DNA of 64,000 bases from Pseudothermotoga sp. (lineage in GTDB: Bacteria > Thermotogota > Thermotogae > Thermotogales > DSM-5069): assembly GCA_031962025.1 (NCBI GenBank), contig JAVRKW010000005.1, one strand, 5' to 3'. Made by a program: the position numbers and the translations under genes. Shown piece after piece: positions 9,659 through 23,127 of the stretch. The notes under the pieces are model-generated. The model was not told the origin of the DNA, searched no databases, and saw only the letters and a list, made by a program, of their open reading frames with translations. The first letter of the stretch is position 1, and each line of letters opens with the position of its first letter.

Positions 9659-9696
9659 ATACAATGGTAGCACAGTTTAAATAATTAACCGACCCA

Positions 9697-10119
9697 TTAC
9701 CCTTCCCCTAAAGAAGAAGGGCTTGCGGGGTTGGTTTTTCTGTCATTCTCCAGTGTGATCTGAATCAGTTCTGCCAGTCTATCGTGATCCTGGGACAGAT
9801 AGAGAAATCCCAAAAGGGCTTCAAATGCGGTACTCTTTCTGTATAAAGGATCATTACCGTGTTTTTTTGCGGCTTTACTGTTGATTGCCCTTTTCACCAA
9901 GGATAATTCCGTTTCGTTGAGTAATCCCATCAATTTATCAAGGCTTTTTGCCTGTCCATTTTTTGAGACTATCTGGTTCACTTTGCTGTGAATTTTGTCA
10001 ACTCTTCCCAAATTCAGGTACCTGGTTCTGCAGTATAAAGAATACACTGCATCGCCAATATAAGCAATCGTTGAAATAGGTAACTGTGATATCTTCAGTG
10101 TATTATCTTCCACTTTCAA
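9697..10119 (-). CDS. mrnC: Mini-ribonuclease III
   Basis: AYIGDAVY, YRKSTAFEALLGFLYL; no dsRBD; next to rlmB. Confidence 0.9.
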   Translation of the reverse strand: MKVEDNTLKISQLPISTIAYIGDAVYSLYCRTRYLNLGRVDKIHSKVNQIVSKNGQAKSLDKLMGLLNETELSLVKRAINSKAAKKHGNDPLYRKSTAFEALLGFLYLSQDHDRLAELIQITLENDRKTNPASPSSLGEG

Positions 10120-10552
10120 TCACCTTTCTCAAAGCCACTTCGTCTAAGTACAGTCTGTTTAATCTATCCTGTTCAAAAACATACCTTTTGAATCTTCTTT
10201 CTTTCAAATTTTGCAAAACTTTCGTTTCTCTTCTTGCAATAAGATACTGCTGTTTGAGATCTTCTTCCTGTTTTTTGAGCTGATCAAGTTGCTCGTACAG
10301 TTTTTTTATGTAAATCTTTTCCATGTCTATGTATGTGAACCACTGGCTGATCTGAGCGCCTGATATACCTTTTGATGAATTTTGAAGCATTGATTTGTAA
10401 AGACCGTGCAGAAGATTTTCAGCAGAATCGATCTGATTTTGCAGATCTTTAATTTTCATTCTGACAGATGAGAGCTCCATTTTTATTTGATTTTCCTGTG
10501 ATATCTTCAATTTCAATAATTTATCCAGCCTGAATTTAAACAGCCAGATCAC
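10103..10552 (-). CDS. fliJ: Flagellar export protein FliJ
   Basis: FKFRLDKLLKLK N-terminus, coiled coil, C-terminal LDEVA; start uncertain (GTG 10552 or CTG 10543). Confidence 0.8.
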   Translation of the reverse strand: MIWLFKFRLDKLLKLKISQENQIKMELSSVRMKIKDLQNQIDSAENLLHGLYKSMLQNSSKGISGAQISQWFTYIDMEKIYIKKLYEQLDQLKKQEEDLKQQYLIARRETKVLQNLKERRFKRYVFEQDRLNRLYLDEVALRKVIESGR

Positions 10553-10661
10553 CCTCTGATATTATAACGCCACTTGTTCAATCTTCTGACCATGTTGTTT
10601 TTGAGAATAAATGATACACCGTTTGTGTGATAGAATTTTACTGATACATCGGGGGTGATCT

Positions 10662-11309
10662 ATGTTGTCTTTTGACTTTGTGGATTTCAAGATGACAAAA
10701 GAAGGACTTGTTTTGGTGATAAAAGACTACCAGGACATTGAAACAGTCATTCACCAACTCGGTTCGCGTATATCCCAGATGAGCGGTTTTTTTGCCACCG
10801 GCGATAAGATCATGTTGATGATTGAAAACAACGAGAAACACTCTCAGGATATGCCAAAGATAATTTCTGCTTTGAAAAAAATGGGGCTGGAGGTTTCCCA
10901 GATATTGATGGGTGCCACTTCGGGTGAAAATATAAATGTGCATGGAAGAATGAAGATGGTCGAGGAAGGTGAAACAAAATCTGGTACAAAGGTTGTCAAA
11001 AAAAATCTTAGATCCGGACAGGCGTTGATTCATTCTGGTGATGTCATTGTAATAGGAAATGTTCATTCCGGTGCTGAAATCATGGCAGGTGGTTCGATAG
11101 CCGTCTTTGGTGATGTAAAAGGCGTCCTGCGTGCAGGGCTAAACGAAGGTGAACAGGCAGTGATAGCGGCATTATCCATACACCCATCGCTGATCCAGAT
11201 CTCAGGTTATATACTCAGGGAAATAGAACCATTTGATGAACCTGTTGTGATACACGTGAAAGACAATAAGATTGTCGTGCAAAAAGCAAAAGATGTAAAA
11301 TTTCAATAA
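10662..11309 (+). CDS. minC: Septum site-determining protein MinC
   Basis: LRSGQ, GDVIVIGNVHSGAEIMAGG beta-helix; TGaTAGAAT -10 at 10628-10636. Confidence 0.93.
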   Translation: MLSFDFVDFKMTKEGLVLVIKDYQDIETVIHQLGSRISQMSGFFATGDKIMLMIENNEKHSQDMPKIISALKKMGLEVSQILMGATSGENINVHGRMKMVEEGETKSGTKVVKKNLRSGQALIHSGDVIVIGNVHSGAEIMAGGSIAVFGDVKGVLRAGLNEGEQAVIAALSIHPSLIQISGYILREIEPFDEPVVIHVKDNKIVVQKAKDVKFQ

Positions 11310-11313
11310 GGGA

Positions 11314-12327
11314 GTGGTGAAATTGGATGTGAAAGAGTTGATAAAAGAACTTTCAGCTCTGGACGGTCCTTCTGGTTATGAAGAAGCCGTTTTGAAAGTT
11401 ATAGAAAAAAAGATCGAACCTTTTGTCGACAGAGTCTTTTACAACAAGGTTGGCACGTTGATCGCAGAAAAAAAAGGAACTGGCAGGGGTAAGCTTGGCA
11501 TTTTTGCCCATGCAGATGAAATTGGGCATGTTATAACCAAGATAGAAAATGGGCTTTTTGCGAGGTTGGAAACGATCGGCGGAGTAGATCCAAAGATCAT
11601 GTTTGCGCAAAAAGTGAAGATCTACACAAAAAAAGGAATTGCAAGGGGAGTCATCGGTGTTCTTCCTCCTCATCTTCAAAAAGAAGAACACAGAAACAAA
11701 GTGCCAGACTTTGACAAAATTTTCGTGGATCTGTCCTGCAGTGAGCTCGGTGAGTACGTATCAGTTGGAGATATATGTGTTGTTGATATGAAACCCGTTG
11801 AACTCAACGGCAAGTTGTGTGGAAAGGCGATGGATAACAGAGCAGGCTGTGCCTCTCTGATTCTCGCAGCCAGTTTATTACAAACCATAAAAAATTATCA
11901 GGATGTTTATTTTATCTTCTCAAGTCAGGAAGAAGTTTCCGGTCCTGGTGCTGTGTCGATTGCGTATGAACTCATGCTCGATAGAGCAATAGTGGTGGAT
12001 GTAACTCATGGCGATGTAAAAATCCCCCAATTTGTGCAGATCAAGCTCGGTGAAGGACCTGCTCTTTGTATAGGACCGGTAATCGACAGGGAATTTCAAT
12101 CATTATTGTCTGAAATTGCTCAAAAGAACAACGTTAGAACACAGATCGAACCAGCTCCCAATAGATCCGGGACAGACACAGACGAGGTACAGCTTGCAGG
12201 CAGTGGCATACGCACAACCCTTGTGTCTATTCCTCTGTTGTACATGCACACACCTGTTGAGGTTGTTGATCCAAAAGATGTCCAGGAAACATCAAGGCTT
12301 CTGGCTTTGGCAACAACGATCGCATGA
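11314..12327 (+). CDS. M42 family (TET) metallo-aminopeptidase, paralog 1
   Basis: AHADEIG, KAMDNRAG, QEE, GTD, YMHTPVE. Confidence 0.9.
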   Translation: MVKLDVKELIKELSALDGPSGYEEAVLKVIEKKIEPFVDRVFYNKVGTLIAEKKGTGRGKLGIFAHADEIGHVITKIENGLFARLETIGGVDPKIMFAQKVKIYTKKGIARGVIGVLPPHLQKEEHRNKVPDFDKIFVDLSCSELGEYVSVGDICVVDMKPVELNGKLCGKAMDNRAGCASLILAASLLQTIKNYQDVYFIFSSQEEVSGPGAVSIAYELMLDRAIVVDVTHGDVKIPQFVQIKLGEGPALCIGPVIDREFQSLLSEIAQKNNVRTQIEPAPNRSGTDTDEVQLAGSGIRTTLVSIPLLYMHTPVEVVDPKDVQETSRLLALATTIA

Positions 12328-12340
12328 AGGAGGGATGACT

Positions 12341-13360
12341 TTGTACCTGAAAGAATTGACAGAACTCGATGGAGTGTCAGGTAATGAGCACCAGGTAAGG
12401 GAATTCATATATCAGAAGATAAAGGACAAAGTCGATGAAATAAAAGTGGATGTGCTTGGTAATTTGATAGCATATAAAAAAGGAACAAAAGGCAGAAGAA
12501 AAATTGTTCTGGCGGCACATATGGATGAGGTTGGTTTCATGGTGACAAACATCGAAGATGATGGAACCCTGGCTTTCGCTCCAGTCGGTGGTGTTGAAAC
12601 GCAGGTCATGCCAGGTAAGATTGTTCGTATCAACGGCAAGGTGCTTGGTGCAATCGGATACAAAGCCATTCACGTACAGGATAAAGAGCAAATACTCAAA
12701 CCACCATCGATGGAGCAACTGCGCATTTATATCGGAGCAAAATCAAAAGACGAAGCATCAAAACAGGTCAAACTGGGTGATTATGTTGCCTTCACCACCA
12801 GTTATGAACAGGAGAATGGAAGGGCAATAGGCAAAGCTTTTGACGATCGAGCTGGATGTTCTGTTTTGATCGATCTTGTTGAAAAAAATGATCGCTATGA
12901 AGATGATGTGTACTTTGCCTTTGTTGTTCAGGAGGAAGTTGGGCTCAGAGGCAGTGCCGTTGTGAACCAGCAGATACATCCAGATATAGCAATAGTAATA
13001 GAGGGAACTACTGCCGGTGACGATCCAGAATTACCAGAGTATCAATGGGCAACACATCTCGGTGAAGGTCCAGCGATTACTTTCATGCACAGAGGATATG
13101 TTGTGAACAAAAAAATCTATGAATCAATAATAAAAGTGGCTCAGAAGTATTCAATCGCTCATCAGGCGAAAAGAAGAACGGCTGGAGGAACGGACGCAGC
13201 GCGTTTTGCGAGAACTGGCGCAGGTACTGCAGCCGGTGTTGTGTCTGTCCCTTCACGGTACATTCACAGTCCAGTTTCTATGATTGATCTGAACGATTAC
13301 AATAACACAGTTCTTCTTTTACAAAAAATTCTTGAAGAAGGGGAGGCATTTGCAAAATGA
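12341..13360 (+). CDS. M42 family aminopeptidase, paralog 2
   Basis: AHMDEVG, KAFDDRAG, QEEVGLRG, GGTDA, RYIHSP; start reassigned to TTG 12341 after AGGAGGG. Confidence 0.92.
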   Translation: MYLKELTELDGVSGNEHQVREFIYQKIKDKVDEIKVDVLGNLIAYKKGTKGRRKIVLAAHMDEVGFMVTNIEDDGTLAFAPVGGVETQVMPGKIVRINGKVLGAIGYKAIHVQDKEQILKPPSMEQLRIYIGAKSKDEASKQVKLGDYVAFTTSYEQENGRAIGKAFDDRAGCSVLIDLVEKNDRYEDDVYFAFVVQEEVGLRGSAVVNQQIHPDIAIVIEGTTAGDDPELPEYQWATHLGEGPAITFMHRGYVVNKKIYESIIKVAQKYSIAHQAKRRTAGGTDAARFARTGAGTAAGVVSVPSRYIHSPVSMIDLNDYNNTVLLLQKILEEGEAFAK

Positions 13361-14361
13361 TAGATCTCATCAAGAAATTGACAGAGGCGTATGGACCGAG
13401 TGGTAGAGAAGAAGAGGTACACAATTTAATTCTTCATGAGTTAGAAGGGTATATAGACGGTTACAAATTCGACAACGTTGGAAACCTTCTTGTATGGAAA
13501 ACAGGTACGAGTGGAAAGAAGGTTCTATTCGATGCGCATGCCGATGAAATAGGACTTGTCGTCACGAATATAGATGAAAGGGGTTTTTTGAGAGTTGAAA
13601 GTGTTGGAGGGGTTCCACCCCATGCTTATGTTGGACACAGAGTGAGGTTTTTAAATGCCATAGGTGTTGTTTATGTTGAGGGAGAAACGGAGGAAGAGCG
13701 AAAAAAGAATTTCACGAATCTGAGTCTGGACAATATGTTCGTTGATATTGGTGCAAAAAGCAAAGATGAGGCAATGAAGCTGGTACCCATAGGATCTTTT
13801 GGTGTTTACGATTCTTATTTTTACAAAAACGGCGACCTGTTGATCAGCAAAGCCATGGATGACCGAATAGGTTGTGCCGTCATTGTTGAGATCTTCAAGA
13901 GAATCAAAAAGCCTCATAACACGATCATAGGATCGTTCACCGTGCAAGAGGAAACGGGTCTTGTAGGAGCATCGGTTGCCGCTTATTCTCTGGTACCGGA
14001 TGTTTGTATTGCAATTGACGTCACTGACTCATCGGATTATCCAAAATCTTTCAAAAGACACTCGATGGCGCTTGGAAAAGGACCAGCAATTAAGATCAAA
14101 GACAGAGCTTCAATCAGCAACAGAAGTATCGTGGAAAAACTCGTACAGATCGCCGAGCAGGAGAAGATTCCATATCAGATGGAGGTACTCACATTTGGTG
14201 GAACAAATGCCGCTGTACTCCAAAAAACCAGGTCTGGTATACCTTCTGCCACAGTATCGATCGCCACAAGGTATGTGCATTCTCCAAGTGAAATTGTTTC
14301 CCTGAAAGATGTTGAGAACACCGTGGAACTACTCGTAAATTATGCGGGGAAGGGAGTGTAA
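13357..14361 (+). CDS. M42 family aminopeptidase, paralog 3
   Basis: AHADEIG, KAMDDRIG, QEETG, GGTNA, RYVHSP. Confidence 0.92.
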   Translation: MIDLIKKLTEAYGPSGREEEVHNLILHELEGYIDGYKFDNVGNLLVWKTGTSGKKVLFDAHADEIGLVVTNIDERGFLRVESVGGVPPHAYVGHRVRFLNAIGVVYVEGETEEERKKNFTNLSLDNMFVDIGAKSKDEAMKLVPIGSFGVYDSYFYKNGDLLISKAMDDRIGCAVIVEIFKRIKKPHNTIIGSFTVQEETGLVGASVAAYSLVPDVCIAIDVTDSSDYPKSFKRHSMALGKGPAIKIKDRASISNRSIVEKLVQIAEQEKIPYQMEVLTFGGTNAAVLQKTRSGIPSATVSIATRYVHSPSEIVSLKDVENTVELLVNYAGKGV

Positions 14362-14363
14362 AA

Positions 14364-15071
14364 GTGCCGAAAGGTCAAATAAGATTGACCGAAAATCAGG
14401 CTCGAATACTCGCAATATTGATAATCGCATTGAGTATCGGTTTTGTCAGTTTTACACTCGCGACATTCTTCATCCTGAAAAGCCGGTCCAATATTCAAGT
14501 AGAGATAGTCGAAGTGCCTCCACCAAAAATCGAAGTGCCGGTCAGTGCAAGTACATCGACTGAGTCCACGGTAGAATATGTAACTCCTTCTATCTACAGG
14601 ATAGAAGAATTCGATTACAAAAAACTCATAACTCAAGCGACAGAAGTGATTGAGAAAGGTGCAAACCTGTCGGTTTACATTCTACAATCAGATGATGCTT
14701 TGAAGATCATCAAAGGTTCCAATCTTGGGTTTGTGATTTGCCAGTACACAAAAGACACTTATACAGTTGGAGTTGTTGGTGATTACACCTTTGGGAATTT
14801 AACACCTATGCGCACTCTTTACGGAGTACTCGTGTTGTCTGTTGTAAACAAAGAAAGCGCTCTGGAAAAGATGTTGGCTTTCAGGAGTGCGGGTTATCCT
14901 GCCTATTTGATGCATTTTTTGCGTGAAGGACGCGACTGGTATTCTCTTGTCATCGGAGCCTTCAGTGATGTCAACAGTGCTGAGGATTTCAACAAAAAGC
15001 TGAACTGGACAGAGGTCATGAAAATTGCAGGTACTCAGCGACCGGGATATGTAGGGAGGATAACACCTTGA
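14364..15071 (+). CDS. Membrane-anchored protein with C-terminal SPOR-like domain
   Basis: Single N-terminal TM; WYSLVIGAFSDVNSAE resembles the SPOR motif. Confidence 0.6.
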   Translation: MPKGQIRLTENQARILAILIIALSIGFVSFTLATFFILKSRSNIQVEIVEVPPPKIEVPVSASTSTESTVEYVTPSIYRIEEFDYKKLITQATEVIEKGANLSVYILQSDDALKIIKGSNLGFVICQYTKDTYTVGVVGDYTFGNLTPMRTLYGVLVLSVVNKESALEKMLAFRSAGYPAYLMHFLREGRDWYSLVIGAFSDVNSAEDFNKKLNWTEVMKIAGTQRPGYVGRITP

Positions 15072-15613
15072 AATTCTCTGTGAGTGAGAAAAGATTGATT
15101 TTTCTGTCTTTCGTCGGCTTGATAATTCTTCTGGGCTTTGCACTTGAAAACAGTTACAAAAAGGAAGAAAAAAGTACAGATCAAGCAACTCAAAGAAAAA
15201 CCATTGAGTTTCCCATAGACATCAACACGGCTTCATACGAAGAGCTGCTTGAGATACCCGGAATCGGTCCGGCGAAGGCAAGAGCCATAATTCAATTCAG
15301 AGAGCAGAACGGTCCATTCAGAACGATCAACGACCTGGTAAAGGTATCTGGAATAGGTATATCCACGGCTCAGAGAATCTCAAGCTTTTTGAAGCTTGAA
15401 AATTCTCCTGCTGTGAATGTTAAGAAAATCAATGTAAACACAGCTGACCTTGATGAACTCTCGGAACTTCCAGGTATAGGAGAAGTCAAAGCCAGTGAGA
15501 TCATAAAATTTAGAGAGAAAAACGGAGCTTTTAAAAAAGCAGAAGATCTTCTCAAAGTACCGGGAATCGGTCCAAAGACAATCGAGAAAATAAGAGATAT
15601 GATTGTATTCTGA
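15068..15613 (+). CDS. comEA: ComEA DNA-binding/uptake protein with two HhH modules
   Basis: N-terminal TM; IDINTAS..EL..IPGIG and INVNTAD..LPGIG repeats. Confidence 0.92.
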   Translation: MKFSVSEKRLIFLSFVGLIILLGFALENSYKKEEKSTDQATQRKTIEFPIDINTASYEELLEIPGIGPAKARAIIQFREQNGPFRTINDLVKVSGIGISTAQRISSFLKLENSPAVNVKKINVNTADLDELSELPGIGEVKASEIIKFREKNGAFKKAEDLLKVPGIGPKTIEKIRDMIVF

Positions 15614-15625
15614 GGAGGTGCTTGT

Positions 15626-16102
15626 GTGAAAAACACAACTGTGCTTTTGGCAGCTTTAGTTCTCATGATGATGCTGTTATTACTCTATGGAGCCACTCAG
15701 CAAAATGCGAAGATAGTCTTCGTTGATGTGAACAGGGTAACTCAGGAATATCCAAAAATGGTTGAGCTCAACGAACGCTACAAAGCAGATTTTCAGTACT
15801 ATCAGAACAAACTCAATGAAATGACAAAAGAGTACGAAAACATGCAAAAATCGGGAGCATCCCAGGCAGATCTGGAAAAGAAACAGCAAGAGATACTTAC
15901 AAGAAAACAGCAATACGAACAGCTTCTTCAAAATGAGTATCAACCGAAGATGCAGCAGGTGATCGATGAGATAGCCGGCAAGATAGATAAATACGCAAAG
16001 ATGATGGGTTATGATTACATTCTCAACAAACAGGTACTCGTTTATGGTGATGACGCGTATGATGTCACTGATCAACTCATAAAATATTTGAAAGCGCAAT
16101 GA
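15626..16102 (+). CDS. skp: OmpH/Skp periplasmic chaperone
   Basis: Signal peptide, KIVFVDVNRV, coiled coil, GYDYIL..DVTDQLI. Confidence 0.85.
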   Translation: MKNTTVLLAALVLMMMLLLLYGATQQNAKIVFVDVNRVTQEYPKMVELNERYKADFQYYQNKLNEMTKEYENMQKSGASQADLEKKQQEILTRKQQYEQLLQNEYQPKMQQVIDEIAGKIDKYAKMMGYDYILNKQVLVYGDDAYDVTDQLIKYLKAQ

Positions 16103-16805
16103 ACAGGATCGAATGCCATGGACTTGTAAAAAAGTTCAAAAGAAAAGTCGTTGTCGATCATGTGGACCTCTATGTTGATCAGGGTGAGGTTGTAGGTCTT
16201 TTGGGACCAAATGGTGCTGGTAAGACAACGATCTTCAACATGGTTCTGGGAGTTGTCATTCCCACGAGCGGTAAAATAATGTTTTCAGGTATGGATATCA
16301 CCAAGGTCCCAATAAGCCACAGAGCAAGATTTGGCATAACGTATCTTCAACAGGAGACATCGGTTTTCGGTGGCATAAAAGTTTTTGAGAATATCGAGCT
16401 GGTTCTGAGGTTCTACGAAAAAGATAAACACAAAAGAAAATCGAAAGTTGAAGAGTTACTCAAAGAGTTTGGTATATGGGAACTGAGAGATCAATACGCA
16501 GGTGATCTGTCAGGAGGAGAAAAAAGAAGACTGGAGCTGGCAAGAATGATGGCACTCAACCCGTCGTTTTTGTTGCTCGACGAACCTTTTGTTGGCATAG
16601 ATCCAAAAACCGTGAAAGATATACAGCAAATGATTAGATCTCTCAAAAAAAGAAACATAGGGATAATAGTGACAGATCATACGGTCAGCGCTTTGTCAGA
16701 GGTCGTTGATCGCCTTTATATCATCCACAAAGGCAGGATAATAGCCCAGGGAGAACCGCATGAAGTACTTGAAAACAGCACAGTCAAGGAGGTTTACCTT
16801 GGCAT

Positions 16806-16809
<4 letters not shown>
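16099..16809 (+). CDS. lptB: LptB-type ABC ATPase
   Basis: GLLGPNGAGKTT, LSGGEKRRLE, LDEPFVGIDP, TDH, VKEVYLG. Confidence 0.9.
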
Positions 16810-18748
<1,939 letters not shown>

Positions 18749-18798
18749 ACGCACTGGTGGTATAATGATCAAAACACACATCCTTGGGAGGGATAGTC

Positions 18799-19500
18799 AT
18801 GAGAAAGATCTTGAGTTTTACGTTGCTCGTAGTAATTACTTTGATCTTTGCAGAAAGTTATGCTGCTTATCATCTGTCAACAGTTGGTTACAAAACCAGT
18901 GTACTGGTATCGAATATGAGCGAAGAAAAAGCTTATTTTAGGGTCTTAGCATTTAATTGCTATGGGAAAAAACTATGGCAGGACACCTACAGTGCACAGG
19001 CTTATTCGACGGTATCTATCGACCTTGCAGAATTCATACCGAGTGCCGATGAAAACTGGGGACTTTTGTTAATTGAGTGCGATCAACTGTTGCACATCAG
19101 TGTTCTGTATCAGGACGAAAGCTTTGGCTTGCTCAATGTTGATCATGTGATCGAACCCGTTCAGAGCTCAGAAGATGCAAAATACTACTGGTACGCAGCA
19201 GGATATCTGGTGAAAGACAACTCTTCCATTGGGTTAGTTATGATGAACCCGAATAAGGACGAAGTTAGTATTTCAATCTGGATATGTAACTCAAATGGTG
19301 AAACAGTTGATGAGTTTTCAGGAAGCATAGAACCATTTGCGGCTGTCTTTCTTGATCTGTTGGATCATGTGAAAGATGATGTCGGTGTTGTCGACATACA
19401 AGTTGATCTGCCGATAATCATCGGTGTTGAGCACTACGAAGAAGGTGAGATCTGGACCATAGACAACATCGTGGACTGGTATACAATCACTGAATGGTAA
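18799..19500 (+). CDS. Secreted hypothetical protein with two repeated beta-rich halves
   Basis: ATG 18799 after GGGAGGGA; signal peptide MRKILSFTLLVVITLIFA; TATAAT at 18761. Confidence 0.7.
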   Translation: MRKILSFTLLVVITLIFAESYAAYHLSTVGYKTSVLVSNMSEEKAYFRVLAFNCYGKKLWQDTYSAQAYSTVSIDLAEFIPSADENWGLLLIECDQLLHISVLYQDESFGLLNVDHVIEPVQSSEDAKYYWYAAGYLVKDNSSIGLVMMNPNKDEVSISIWICNSNGETVDEFSGSIEPFAAVFLDLLDHVKDDVGVVDIQVDLPIIIGVEHYEEGEIWTIDNIVDWYTITEW

Positions 19501-19503
19501 TGT

Positions 19504-23111
<3,608 letters not shown>

Positions 23112-23127
23112 TGATCAACGCCCCCAT

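Noticed and set aside
12116..12340. N-terminal extension of the 414-aa M42 ORF
   Set aside because: Overlaps paralog 1 out of frame; SD and homology begin at 12341
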